Shown: positions 36,301-51,300 of the stretch, piece after piece
Numbering within the stretch: the first letter of the stretch is position 1
Layout: each line of letters begins with the position of its first letter
From: Fimbriosthenelais zetlandica
Lineage: Eukaryota
NCBI GenBank assembly: GCA_977030845.1
Contig: OZ365112.1
Location: 23,560,001 to 23,624,000 of the forward strand
DNA: 64,000 bases
Reading direction: 5' to 3'
Position numbers and translations under genes: made by a program
The notes under the pieces: generated by a model
The model's input: only the letters and a program-made list of their open reading frames with translations
The model's database searches: none
Told to the model about the DNA's origin: nothing

Positions 36301-39300
36301 TTATACTTCAACGAATCCCTTTTAGAATTATATGAGAAACCAGACTTGGAGCTTACTGCTGTACACCTGAAACACCCAATTATATAATTAGGTGATTGAA
36401 ATACAAATCTTCACGCTGAAGATGAAGGCTTCATGAAATAACAAGGTTATCTTTATATCCTCCTCTTTGCACTGCTGAAGTGAAGGTTTTACCTGGCTTT
36501 AAATATCATGAAGATGCTTTAAGGGTGAAGAAGGTTTTTGAATACCATACCGCATTCTTCCCTCTTCTGCTTTACCCCGCACTGCACATCTTTGGTATTG
36601 ATTGTACTGTACCCACCATCATACCTGTTGCTCGCACTATTCTGAGAATATCAACTTCTTCTGAGATTATCAACTTCTTCTGAGATTATCAACTTCTTTG
36701 AGTATGGATCCATTTGCAAAAGAGTAACCTCTCCTGAATAAATATACTCTTGTTTGAAATGAAATGAATCCGAAAAGCAGAAACTATCAAACATTGTATA
36801 GATAGTGTGTTATAGATAGTGTTACTTATATTTCTGTTTTTCTTTCAATCATAATGCCAGTGTCGCAATGTGGTGACCTGTTAATCATACGAAACGCAAT
36901 TCCGAACTCGGAAAACCCATCAGACCCAGGTAGATTCATTGGTAGTCAATATTCAGTGACATGTCCTGATGGGAATCTAGTCACAGTGGTCTGTGATCAG
37001 GGAGCCCAGTGGCGAGCCAGTGGCACATGCAGAGGTCAGTTTGGCATTTTACTGCCTGTATGATAATGTTTTATGTGTTCCCCTGTGATATCTGAATGTT
37101 TTACTTTTGGTTCATTGAGATGTCTATATTTGTTGTATTGTTTAAATGTTTTTCCTTTCATTCCTCATTTGACTGTTTTAATTTTCATCATTAGATTATG
37201 TGTTTAAATTTATCATATTGAATTCTAAACTTTGTCAGATGTCATTTATTATTACACAACTGTGGAATGATGCACCCAAGACCTGTTACGAAGAAACAAC
37301 TAAACACTTACAAACAAGATGTATTTGTAACATGTATATCTTGAATATTTCAATACATAACACGCATATTCTCATTAAAATGCTAATCCATTATTAAAAC
37401 ATGTCTTAAAGTTCCATATAAAATGCATGACATTGTCTTAAAAATTAAGAACTAATCCATCATTGAAAACGTCTTAATTGTAGAGATTCGATGTGGAGCA
37501 CGTCCAAGCATTTCTAACGCTGTACCTAACACAGAAAATCCACAGAACCCAGAGCCTTTTGTTGGTAGTCAATATACAGTGAGATGTGTCGACGGGAGCC
37601 AAGTCACTGTTGTCTGTGGTTCAGGAGGCAATTGGCAAGCGCAAGGCACATGCAGAGGTCAATTTAACAGTTTACAGTCTGTCTCCATATAAAAAATAAC
37701 AAAAAAATATAGAAGTTCCATAAAATATAACAAAAAACAATATAGAAGTTCCATAATATTAACTAAATATTAATCTTAACATTTTCTTAGTGATAAAAAG
37801 GATAACATTATTTTGGAATGCATATTAATTTTTTAATCTAAAATTTAATTGTTATTAGAAAACTTACCTGGTGATATAAAAAGCTAGTTTATTTGTTTTA
37901 ATTTCCATTCTTATTCCATTGCAGACATCCAATGTGGACAGTTTCCCAACATTCCAAACACCATACCTAACTCAAGAAACCCACCAAACCCAGGCTTTAC
38001 GAGTGGAAGTCAGTACACTGAAACCTGTAGACAAGGCTCATTAGTTTCCGTTTTCTGTGATCAGTCTGGCCAATGGCAACGTAATGGTGACTGTGCAGGT
38101 CAGTTGATTAATTTTCATAAATTTCTATACAAATCTTACATATTAATGAATTATATTATCCTTTTGTTTTTTAACAATTTGACATTTCGCATGTTTGTCA
38201 GGTCTGTAATTTCCATATGGGCAATATAGTTTTGCCCCCCCCCCCCCCCCACTCAACCAACCACATACAAAAACTTAAATCCCTGCTTGTATGTTCCTCA
38301 AAGTGTTCCGTATAAAATGCATGACATTCTCTTAAAAATTAAGAACTAATCCAACGTCTTAATTATAGAGATTCGATGTGGAGCACGTCCAAGCATTTCT
38401 AATGCAGTACCTAACACAGAAAATCCACAGAACCCAGAGCCTTTTGTTGGTAGTCAATATACAGTGAGATGTGTCGACGGGAGCCAAGTCACTGTGGTCT
38501 GTGGTTCAGGAGGCAATTGGCAAGCGCAAGGCACATGCAGAGGTCAATTTAACAGTTTTCAGTCTGTCTCCAGATAAAAAATAACAAAAAACAATATAGA
38601 CATTACATAATATTGACCAATTAATAATCTTAACATATATTTATTTTCTCCATGTTCAAAAGGAGGACATTATTTTGGAATGGATATTATAATATTAATC
38701 TAAAATTTAATTCATGTTAGAAAACTTAACTTAATATATAAACAATCTAGTTTAATTCTCTTTAAATTTCCATTCTTGTCCTTTTGCAGACATCCAATGT
38801 GGACAGTTTCCCAACATTCCCAACACCATACCTAACTCACGGAACCCACCAAACCCAGGCTTTTCTAGTGGAAGTCAGTACACTGAAACCTGTAGACAAG
38901 GCTCATTAGTTTCCGTTTTCTGTGATCAGTCTGGCCAATGGCAACGTAATGGTGACTGTGCAGGTCAGTTGATTGATTTTCCTAAATTTTTGTACAAATC
39001 CAAAGCGTTACATTTTAATGAATTTGTTTTCTCTGTAATGGTCTGACAATTCGCATGTTTGTCAGGTCTGTAATTTTCGTGGGGCAATATAATTTTGCCC
39101 CCTCCCCACCCCACAACCATAGTCAAAAACTTACATCCCTACTTGTACATTTCCTGAAAGTGTTCCACATAAAATGCATGTCATTCTTTTAAAAATCAAG
39201 ATCTAATCCATCATTGAAAACGTCTTAATTATAGAGATTCGATGTGGAGCACGTCCAAGCATTTCTAACGCAGTACCTAACACAGAAAATCCACAGAACC

Positions 39301-42300
39301 CAGAGCCTTTTGTTGGTAGTCAATATACAGTGAGATGTGTCGACGGCAGCCAAGTCACTGTGGTCTGTGGTTCAGGAGGCAATTGGCAAGCGCAAGGCAC
39401 ATGCAGAGGTCAATTTAACAGTTTACAGTCTGTCTCCAGATACAATATAACAAAAAACAATATAGACGTTACATAATATTAACCAATTAATAATCTTAAC
39501 ATAAATTTATTTTCTCCATGTTCAAAAGGAGGGCATTCTTTTGGAATGTATAATTTATTAATCTAAAATTTAATTCATGTTATAAAACTTAACTTAATAT
39601 ATAAACAATCTAGCTTAATTCTTTTTAAATTTCCATTCTTTTTCCATTGCAGAAATCCAATGTGGACAGTTCCCCAACATTCCAAACACCATACCTAACT
39701 CAAGAAACCCACCAAACCCAGGCTTTACGAGTGGAAGTCAGTACACTGAAACCTGTAGACAAGGCTCATTAGTTTCCGTTTTCTGTGATCAGTCTGGCCA
39801 ATGGCAACGTAATGGTGACTGTGCAGGTCAGTTGATTAATTTTCATAAATTTCTATACAAATATAAAATCTTACATATTAATGAATTATACCCATTTGTT
39901 TTCTCTTTAACAGTTTGACAATTCGCATGTTTGTAATGTCTGTAATTTCTGTGTGCCCAACATACAAAGACTTACATCCCTGCTTGTATGTTCCTCTAAG
40001 TGTTCCATATAAAATGCATGACATTCTCTTAAAAATTAAGAACTAATCCATCATTGAAAACGTCTTAATTATAGAGATTCGATGTGGAGCACGTCCAAGC
40101 ATTTCTAATGCAGTACCTAACACAGAAAATCCACAGAACCCAGAGCCTTTTGTTGGTAGTCAATATACAGTGAGATGTGTCGACGGGAGCCAAGTCACTG
40201 TGGTCTGTGGTTCAGGAGGCAATTGGCAAGCGCAAGGCACATGCAGAGGTCAATTTAACAGTTTATAAACACAATAAAACACAGATCAAAAAAATATGGA
40301 CCTTCATAATAATAACAAATTTATAATCTTAACATATGTTAAAACTATTTCATTAATTTGGAATGCACATTTATTTCTTAATCTGTTTTTTTTAATCTAA
40401 GATTTACATATTTAATTTAAATTTAATTGTTTAATCTACAATTTAGTTTTTTTGTTTAAAAATTAATTTTTAGGTTCTAAAAGTTAATTCTTTCTAAATA
40501 CCATTCTTGTTCTTTTGTAGACATCCAATGTGGACAGTTTCCCAACATTCCAAATACCATACCTAACTCACGGAACCCACCAAACCCAGGCTTTACAAGA
40601 GGAAGTCAGTACACTGAAACATGTAGACAAGGCTCATTAGTTTCCGTTTTCTGTGACGATTCTGGCCAATGGCAACGTAATGGTGACTGTGCAGGTCAGT
40701 TGATTACCTTAATTTCTATACAAATCCAACCTGGTACTTAATAAATTAAAACAGTATGTTTTCAAAGCAGTTTCAGTACAATCAAGTTGATACAATGTTG
40801 TTTGTCTACACATATCTTGAAAAAGCATGTTCACATTAAGAATGGCCACTTAGCCAAGACCAAGAATAAGAACTAATCCATCAGTTTAAAATGTCTTATT
40901 AATTGTAGAGATTCGATGTGGAGCACTTCCAGGCATTTCTAACACAGTGCCTAACACAGAAAACCCACGGAACCCTGAGCCTTTTGTTGGCAGTCAATAT
41001 TCAATCCAGTGTGTCGATGGAACACAAATAGCAGTGGTATGTGAACAAGGAGGCAATTGGCAAGCAAGAGGCTCATGCAGACGTTAGTAACATTGTTGAT
41101 ATTAAATCATTATTAAATCATTTGATTAAAATAATTTTTAAAATAACAACAATTCTAAAGTATCCTCAGTAAAAGATAATGATAAATAAATGCTCATTTT
41201 GAATTCAAGTTCAGGTTTAATATGTTTTTAATTAATTCGATCTTTTACATTTACCTTTTAGCCTTAGTAGACTGCGGACCTTATCCAAATATACCTGATG
41301 TCGTTCCTAATGGACGGAACCCTAGGAACCCAAGCACCAATGCAGGAAGCCAGTTTACAGAGACGTGTCGTCAAGGCTACCTACCAAACGTACTGCCTGT
41401 TTTCTGTGACGAATTTGGCCAGTGGCAATTCGGAAGATGTCAAGGTCAGACAAACTTTTCATTTCTGATTATTAGTAATTTTTTAAAGAAACATTCTTCC
41501 TTTCAAAGTTTCAGGAATCCTTTGTTGTATAATGATGTGGACTCATCTGGAAAACAAGTTATTTTTATGAAATTATGTCTCATAATGTGCTGATATACGC
41601 CGCCTGTACCAGTTCTGATTTCAGCTTAACATATTCCATTGATCCTTTAAGCCGCTTTATAGATTCTCATCTGCTGGCAATTTCAACAACCAGTTTACAT
41701 TGCAATTTCCTATTGTGTTGTTGATGTAGCAAGGGGATGTCCCCCATTCCCAGAGGTACCTTACGTGGTCCTAGAAGACCTACCAGACACCCCTTCCCAG
41801 CATATCGGTTGCCAGTACGCACTACGCTGTCTGTATCAATCTGGTACGACGACAACTGTCATAGTCCGTTGTTCCGAAGATGCTGAGTGGGATATTTCTG
41901 GCTTCTGTCCCCCTCCACCAGGTTAGAATTCATTGCGGATCCGGGTTCTAACACCACGTGGTCTCTGCATGTGGTAAATGCGTGGTTCTTCCGGGCATGA
42001 ACCCCATAAACCCAGTTTTATCATAATACATTCCATTTATGGTTATTGGGCCATAACAGCATGTTTCCCCTGCCTCGATTTCCTTGCAGATCGCCATTAC
42101 ATTTTATGCCTCGATAATTTCTTATTCCTGGTCAGGGTCTTCTAAAATGGTTTCAATATAAACCTGCACTCCCACCTTCAATAATCTGAATGTATTTTGT
42201 TCTGGGAAGGCATACTTACATGGCCTTAATGTTACTTCAATTTCTGTTCATTTATTTGGCCGAAAGTGAAGGGTCCCACTTAATCCAATACCATGGAATT

Positions 42301-45300
42301 TAACTCATTACCCACCTAAAGTGCTTAGGGTGGTGGAAATACTCATTAAAATTGTTCACACCAATGTTCAAATTATATCCTTATTGCAGACTTCGCAAGG
42401 AAAATCGTTTAAAAATGGATGACCAAACATTTCCTTCATTTCAGGAATGACAATATATTTACTTCAATATTTGCCTTTGATTTGACAGACCTATAGAAGG
42501 ACTCACGACTGGATAACTAATAAAAACAGTAAAATCCTTTGACTAAATCCAGGGAAGAATTACAGGCAGTATGAGAATCTTATAACATGGATGACAGCCA
42601 CTCACAGAGCCACCCACGTAACAGACTAGTTTCTGGTAATAAGTGGCCTTTTGGTCTTCATTTTAGCTATATCCTGTGGGCCTTTCCCAGCCTTGCCACC
42701 AGGTGCTGTCAGTTGGCCCACAGACCCTGACCCCTCATCAACATTCATCTGGATTCAATGTCAGCCGGGCTACTTGCCCGATTACATCAGCATCTCTTGT
42801 AATTTAGAGACTAGGAACTGGCTTCTCGATGGGAAGTGCACAGGTTAGATTGACGCGTGAAAAGTGTGGCTATTCCCTCTCAGATTCACAGTTGTAATCC
42901 TGCCGAGTGACCTGGCCTTCTTTACCCTTCGCCCTGATTCCTGATCATGATTATATCTGATAATCTGATAATATCGGGAATACCCTTACTATGCTCATGC
43001 TCTTTAGCTTTATTGTCATTCGTTATTTTATAGTGGCAACATGCCCCGATGTTCCTCAGATAGCCAATGGAAACAGAGTGTAAGTGTGAGATTCAAGTTG
43101 AATTTTCCCACAATGATATTTCTTCTTATTTGGACCATCGGAAAACTTTTCATTTTGGAAAAATTCCAAGTGAAATAAGACGCAAAATCATTGTTATTTT
43201 TCCATTAATGCTTCAAAAGGATTGAAGGGCCTCGCACACCAGGAACACGAGTAATATTCATGTGTCTCAGTGGGTTCAGATTAGTTGGTGAGATGGTTGT
43301 GTTCTGCCAAGAAGGTTTCACCTACAGTGCCCAATTCCCAACATGCATCTGTGAGTCTATGATGTCTTATAATACAGACCTATATGATTTAAACTAGTAG
43401 CCTGTCTTGGGGTTACCCTAGCCTGGAACTCTCACAGTCCGCGAGCAAGGTTCCCTGTTGCATCAAAAATCGATCGTACTAACTCGGGGGAAAGGCTATA
43501 AGTTCCATACATCTCACTGAATGGATGTCCTTGTGTTTAACAGCTTTTGATTGTGGCCCGCCACCTCCGCTAGAAAACTTGGTTGAAGGTTGGATAGATG
43601 GATCAGTGACGAGTTACCTTGCCAGTTATTCATTCCGCTGCAGAGAGGGGTTTTTCCCTATCTACATTACACTCACGTGTAGAGAGCAGGGATGGGATGT
43701 CAGTGACACATGTACAGGTTAGAATATATCAAATCTGAAAGTTAATACAAAATTCAATTGTTCAGAGTGTAGCGAATGTGCAGAAAGGAATCAAGATCGC
43801 GAGTTTTCTATTCTACTCATGTTATATGCTCTCAACTCTCCCCAGTAGATGACCCAGAATGTTAATTCATTTTCATACTTTACTTCCCAGTGAAAACTTG
43901 TCCCCCAGTTGTGGATTTTGAGCATGGGACTTTTCAGTAAGCATCACTGTCGATTTGTTTTGAGTGCAATTTGTGTGATAGCTATGATTTCGGTGATGAT
44001 AATAATGGCTGCTGAGGGGATCTAAAATGAGAATGTTTGTATTTTGAGGATGTCCCATGACGGATCGCCTGGTACAGTCATCACTTTCACCTGTGACACT
44101 GGTTATGTACTCAATGGTGCTTCTCAGATTCGCTGTCTAAGTGACTTCACATATGACGTACCCGTTCCCAGTTGTTTGTGTGAGTTAACTATACTCAAAG
44201 TAACTGGAAAATCACTATGACATCAGATGCTTTATCAATGATCTCTATGAGAATGAAGATCTTCTTTCTGCTAATAGCTTGCTCTCAGACAGGGTTAAAT
44301 TGTTGTCTGGTTTCATTAAAATGCAGTGATTGACTGTGGGGACCTTCCTGAACGACCTGCGGGCGTTATAAACTGGCCTGATCAGCTGGATTCCAGGTAC
44401 CCAGCTGTTTACTGGGTTGAGTGTCAGCCAGGTTGGTTCCCTTCCTACGTCAGGATCTCATGTACCCTACAAATGGTTTGGGTGAGAGAGGGGACATGCA
44501 GAGGTGAGAGGTTTGACCATTCGCTCCTCCACTCATTCTACAAGCCTCTGAAAGCTCTTTATTTGCCTTAATCTCTTCTATTCCACACAGGAAAGAAAAT
44601 ACTGCCTTCAACTCGAACTTATTTCCATTTTATATCCTTAATCTGATCTCAGCTTCATCGACAGATTGCCTCAAGGTGCACAGTTACTGGAATCTGAACC
44701 TGTCTGATGGATCTCGTCTTTCTTTGTCAGACAGTTTACCTTATTATGATTCTACATTGTTGTGGTTGTTGACTATCACTGATGTCTTATTCATAGCTAC
44801 TTGCTGAACTTGAATCATCTTTGTCAAACTTGTGTCTGCATTTTTCAATGCTTTATAGAGGTACACTTTTGCAACTTACATAAAACCTTTTTCATCGTTA
44901 CTTCTTTGGATATCATACACGTCTCTTACACCTGCTATGGAATTTACAGAATTATAGAAGTTGTCATGTAGTTAAGATGCTAAAATAGTTTCTGACAATT
45001 TCAATTGAATTCTGTAAATTTGGAAACTTGTTTTAGAAGGCATATTCATCTTTTGATTTGTTTTGTTTTTAATTCAGCTAGATGCACTGAACCAGAAGCA
45101 CCCGTTAATGGTGTGAAAGAGTAAGTAAAATGTAATGAGAAGAAAATGTCTATTAGTCTTATATTCGTGGTAATAAGTCATAGAAAATTCTAGTCATGGA
45201 TGCAGGAAAAGTTTCAATGTTTCCCTATTCAGTGTCATTTCCCTGGTTGGTCAACCAGAACATATTATGGTCGATTTGAAATATATTCAAAATAGAAAGA

Positions 45301-48300
45301 AGTCATCACCTTCAAACTTATTGCATTGTCTCAGGGTATCGGGAGATCTCTCTCCTGGCACAACGGTTAGATTCTTCTGTAACCTCGGTTATGTATTGTC
45401 TGGTCGACCAATCCTCACCTGCCAAGACAACAGTCAGTTTGACTTCTCCACACCAGCTTGTGAAAGTAAGATTTCCTCCAGAATCCCCTGAAACATTGGC
45501 TCTCATGAATTTGAGTTTGTTGACACTTGAATTAGTTTAGTTGAAAGTCTTGTTTTAACCATGGTATATCTGGTCTTGCTATAGTTGTGGACTGTGGGAG
45601 GCTTCCAGATCCAGCCTCTCTCAACCTCATGGGTCAGTGGCCCCAGCTGTATGATACTTCATATCAGGCTGTGCAACGTCTAAGATGTCGCCGGCCAGAT
45701 TTTGGGGAACAAACTATAACATTTCGATGCACTGAAGCGGCAATATGGCAGCCAAGTGGCCAATGCAGAGGTATACATAATTATGAAATGTTATATTTGT
45801 AATATCTTATTTACTTCAGTTTTCCTCGGACTCCAATCCCGCTATCAAACTATTTTCGTCTCGAGTATGATCTGTCAATTTCCTTTTACAGTTCATGACT
45901 TTCTTGCACAGCAGCTCTTCAATATTAATGAGTGCTATGCAATTTTACTTTTATTATTTCCATTATCATCCACACACTAATTAAGACCTTAACACCCAAG
46001 TTGTCATAACTTCTATAGAATGACCTTAGCCTCTTAGCAAGAAAATAGTTCATTCAGTCCTTTGAAATTTGGATTTTTTTAAAGAAATCAGAACCTGGTG
46101 TGTGGATATTCAACCACCAACTGATGGACAGTTAAGGTAAGTTCATGTCCTGCTTTAGTACCTCTGTTGTCCATGTGTCCTTTCTGTATTTTAGACGCTA
46201 AAAGACCAAAATTTATATGACCGAATACAGATCCATTTCAATCCCTGAAAGTCATAAATCCCATCGGCAAACTTGTTTCATTTTTTGAAGGATAAATAAC
46301 GATGTTAACGGTGTCCTATTCCCTGGAGCATATGTAACGTTCACATGTGCTGAAGGTACAAAACTGATTGGTGCAGACAGAATAACATGCCAGGACAACT
46401 TCTTTTATGACTATCCACCCCCAACTTGTCAAAGTAAGTGTGAAAGCCAGAGACCAGTCCAACTGTTGTCACTTGTGATACAGACTCTTTATATATCCTC
46501 AAGTTGATACCCCGTGCTGGTTGAAATTAGAACTCTTTGATGGTTCGTATTTCATGAATTACTCTGACATAATATATAATTACTTTAATCCCTACACCTT
46601 AGGGATAGATTGTGGTAGTAATGTACCACCGCTACCACAGGGCATTGGCGATCGGCCCACAATTACATCCACTCTCTTCATGGCCTTCTATTGGATACCA
46701 TGTCGTGAAGGCTTTGAGCCACCTTATATGGGCCTTTTCTGTAACCGGGATGGGGTGTGGGAGCAACAAAGTCCATGTACAGGTCAGATATTGTGGAAAT
46801 GTCTTTTAGTGGTTTACTGTCCTATAGCACTATTTCATCGCCTTTTCCAGGATAGAAGTCATTTCCTCCAAGCCTTAATAATGTTGCACCCCTGTTGTGA
46901 ACTAAAAGTTTATATGCGATAGAATTTTCATTTTAGTTGTCTGATTTATTAGATTCTGTGTCAGGCTCAGCATGGATTCCTTATCATCTTGTTTTATCTT
47001 TATTTGGTCATCTAAGTTGTTTCACATCTTATGCAGGTTTAATAGAGCACACTAGTTAGTGAGGCCCTATCCCTTTCCATTCTGCGTTAAAATTCTTATA
47101 TTTTTCTCTCCTTGCAATTATTTGTAGGCTTATATTGTTCCTGTCGTTTTTCCTAACTTTTTATCTTAAAGGAGCTTTAATCGTTTGTCTTTTTCATATT
47201 ACAAATTTTGATAATGATATCTTACTTTCATAATCATGTCTTATGTTATAGACATGTAATTTATATATATAAACTTTTTATACTATAGCAAATTTCGATC
47301 TACAAATTAGCTCCCACGGATTGGCTATTTTATTGTAAAGCAAAAGTAATGTTCTTGATTGTTAAATCTTACCCTTCTATTAGCTATTGGTAGTGCAAGA
47401 TGTCCCACCCCGCCACAAATAGCAAATGGATATTATGAGTAAGTTCTGAATATGCTATGCTCATTGGACATAAAAATTCATTGATTTTCATCAAATAGGC
47501 ATTTTGAAATTGGTGTCAGTAGTTACTCTGTAAGGTTTTGTAGACATATTTGTACCTCCTAATTCCTCAGAATTATTGGATCGGATCTAACTGCCAACAC
47601 ACAGGTTCGGTACCAATGTAACCCAGGCTTTATATCGATGGGTTCCTCAGTTATTACCTGTCAATCAAACTTACAGTTCGACCGCTTTCCCCCAACATGT
47701 ATGGGTGAGTGTCTGCTAAACTGTACTTCATGAATTCACCCTAGATTCAACCCAAATTGTCATGGTTCATTTCAAGAAATTCATATTGAAATTCAATATT
47801 CCAAGATTTGACTTGGAACCAGTGCAAAATCTCCATTGTAAAGCTTTACCTGTTCTGATACATTTAACCCATAACCCTCAATTACTTTCCTGCGATGAAG
47901 ACGCTAGCCGAAGATGTGAAAGACTCGATCCCCCACAGAATGGACAGAGTCAGTAAGTCGAGCTGTAGTATTACTAACCATCAAACATTCGGAAAGTTGG
48001 AACCCAAACCATAAATAGTGTATCCAGACTGACCATGAGAGTTGTCTACTGCTCACTCAGCTTGGGGACAACCAAAAGTTTCAGCAAGTTTAAGATTCAT
48101 TGAACAAAAACAGTCTCTTCTGTCAAAGTTATCAGGCCTTGCTACCAGCCTCTGTTTTTTATTCACATTAATAGGATCAGCAGAGTCCAGGGCCAACTCC
48201 AGCCTGGTGACAACATCACCTTCTTCTGTCATCCAGGGTTCTCACTGCTGGGAGAGCCAGTGCTAGTCTGCCTCATAAGTAATGAGTTTAACCATAACCC

Positions 48301-51300
48301 TCCCATTTGCACACGTAAGTCAGCCATCTTGGAACTCAATTGTCATCCATCAGGACATTTTAGTTATCATGCTTCCTGACTGGACTTCCTCCTCTAGAAT
48401 GATGCCATGCCTTAGCCTTTCTTTTTTCATCTCCCAATTTTCTCATACGTATACAATACTTCTCCCCTTCTAGAAACAGCTTGTCAAGCCTTGCCACCTT
48501 TACCCTTTGGTGTGGCATCCTGGCCAAACATAATGGACAGGGGACCTTCAGCTTTTTACTGGGTTCCCTGTATGGATGGTTTCACTCCACCTTACATCCA
48601 ACTCGCATGTTTGGCTAGTGGTAATTGGGAGGTCAGAGGGGAATGTCAAGGTTAGTTTTGGGGACATTTTTAATTAGAGTGACTAATACATCAATGGCAT
48701 CAAGATATTTCCATGTTTTCTTCGATTAATTCATTTGATTTCATCAAATTTCATTGTGACCATCTTGTCTTCATGCATTCGCTAATAAGGACCTACCAAT
48801 CGATGCCCACAAAACTCTGCTCTTGCAAATGGATATACAGAGTGAGCCAATTAATTATCAAACGAGTCAAACCGAGTTATAAAATAAGTTAAACGCAGCC
48901 ACTGACTTCATTAGGCTCTTCTTTGTCCTGTTGTTTACTCACCTTTTTACTGTTCAAGGATCATTGGTGATTTAGAAGTTGGTTCATCTATGTTCTTCTT
49001 CTGCAATAACGGCTACACTCTTCAAGGGAGGTCGGAACTAGTTTGTGAGATAGACTTGCAATGGGACTACCCTGCCCCAACCTGCCAAAGTAGGTCCTAG
49101 TGTTGAAGTGGATATTAGTCCCCTTACAACTGGTTTATAGTCTCATTGAAATTCGTGAGAACGTTCTGAAGGATAACAAATTATCCATGTGGATACTTCT
49201 ATATTAGAAAGTATCACCGTTGGTCAAACATTGTAGGGATAGCGCATACCATTCAAAGTTTCAACTTATGTCTTTTTCACCTGTTTAGTCTCAGACTGTG
49301 GACCACTGCCTGATCCCTTCACTTTGAACCTTCGAGGTTCATGGCCACCCGGTGCCCCCACCACATACCTCCAAAACTACACGCTTCCATGTGAGACAAA
49401 CTTTCTCCCCCCTGAAGTCACAGCCACGTGCACGGCCACTCAAGGCTGGATATACAATGATTTTTGTCGAGGTTAGTGTCATCGGTGTGACATGTGTTAG
49501 CTTTCGTTTGCATGCAGATCTTCGACTTTAAAAAATAGTTTTTTTCATTTTCCATTATATCCCATTATTTCCACATCATTCCTGTAGTGATTGTCCGTCC
49601 CTTTGGTGTCCTTAAGTTGACTGTTATTTCCATACTTAAGTTTTCTGGAAAAGTGTGTTCGTATTGTGATTGAATACCTTCAATTTTTCATTCCTAAGTG
49701 CTTTGGTTGGATTTTGTGTGTGATATTTTTTGGTGTTGTAATACGTGTTTTTTCTGCATGTATCCATCATTTTCTTCGTCAACAATGATGTGTTAAGCGA
49801 TACTTTTGTACTATTTTAATTGTGTATATTTATACATGTTTCACACACATAATTTATACCTATTACTTTCAGCGATATGAGATATTTATCTTTTTATCAA
49901 GATGGCTTTCTTTATCACATCACTAATGTTCATGTAGACTGTTACTTTGGTCATGCATACAAAATGTTTATATGCTGGACAATTGAATAAATATTGTCCT
50001 CATATAGCTCACAAATCGCTGTTTTATGCCTTTCAACCCAAGTGTATGAACTTTCACTTACCTTCTAATTCACTTGTATGAATTTAGTTACCCAAGGGAC
50101 ACGATGTGACACTCCACCAAGACCAGTGGATGGTGATAGAATGTAAGTTAGTAGAAATCATCCCAACTGATTTAACTAAAAAAAACACTGTCCAAACAAA
50201 TAATATTCAACAACCTATGCAAAACTAAATTACCGAAATAAGGCCGAACAAAACAGTTTAACAACGACTCAGTGTTTCTAATTCTGTAAGGGTTAGGACA
50301 TATCATCAAGTGAAACAGTTAGAGACTTTCTGTGTCGTTCAGTATAATGATAATTATGAAGTTGTTTGTTGTTCACTTTTGCCAGTATTGATGGGGATCT
50401 CACACCTGGCACCATGGTCACTTTCACTTGTAACGCAGGATTCACATTGGTTGGTGAAAGACTACTGCAATGCCAGCAAAATGGGCGTTTTAATTCCCCT
50501 GCCCCAACATGCGTTGGTAAGGAAATTAGTCAGTTAATGGCATTAGTTAGCTGCTGCTGAGCTTAATACAGCCAGATACGATAAAATGTTTGTAAATCCT
50601 CCAGGAACAGACTGTACCCAACCACCAAACCTCCTGGTTTTTGGAGTGGATCCGTCTGAATCTGTGACGATGACACGCTATCCTGTGTTCATGTGGTTGC
50701 GCTGTGCCCCCAACACCATGCTGGATTTTGTATCATTGACCTGCCTGTCAGATGGATCATGGAGTGTGTCTTCACAATGCTCTGGTCAGGTCGATTATAT
50801 ATTGGACTGTTTGTAGTCTTTGTCTCTACCTCTGGTCAGGACTTCCTTTGACCTTGTCCCTGCTGTTTTATTCTTATGCAGTGCAATATATGCCATGGTG
50901 CACATTCCCGCTTTCCTGAAAGCTAGGCCATTTTAGTGACCCATGTTCTGGTACCAATAGTAGCTCTTGCTTCCTTTACTGTACTATTATTGGACACATT
51001 ACCTCACGAGGTCTAGTAAACCTCAAGTAATTTCAAAGCCTTCCCCCTCTGTGGCTTACAATTTGCAATTTCTGTTTTGTCTTTGGCATATCTATCTTTC
51101 AAATACATGCACATTATTAAGTATACATGTATATATTTTGGCACATTTTGATGTCTGATAATAAGACTAAGTTTAAATTGGACACCCTCTCCATTTCTGA
51201 CTTAAAGAGAGATTTATTTTCTGGCATCATGGATTAAGATGTGAAGTTTTCACAGGTGCCCCAAGTCAGTGTCCTGAATTGAGACGCCCTGAGAGAGGTT

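Noticed and set aside
38235-38250. Poly-C run
   Set aside because: Simple homopolymer expansion; the paralogous intron near 39098 has an interrupted C-rich tract.
41930-42620. Intronic segment that may be a transposon remnant
   Set aside because: No terminal repeats, TSD or transposase/RT motif identified.
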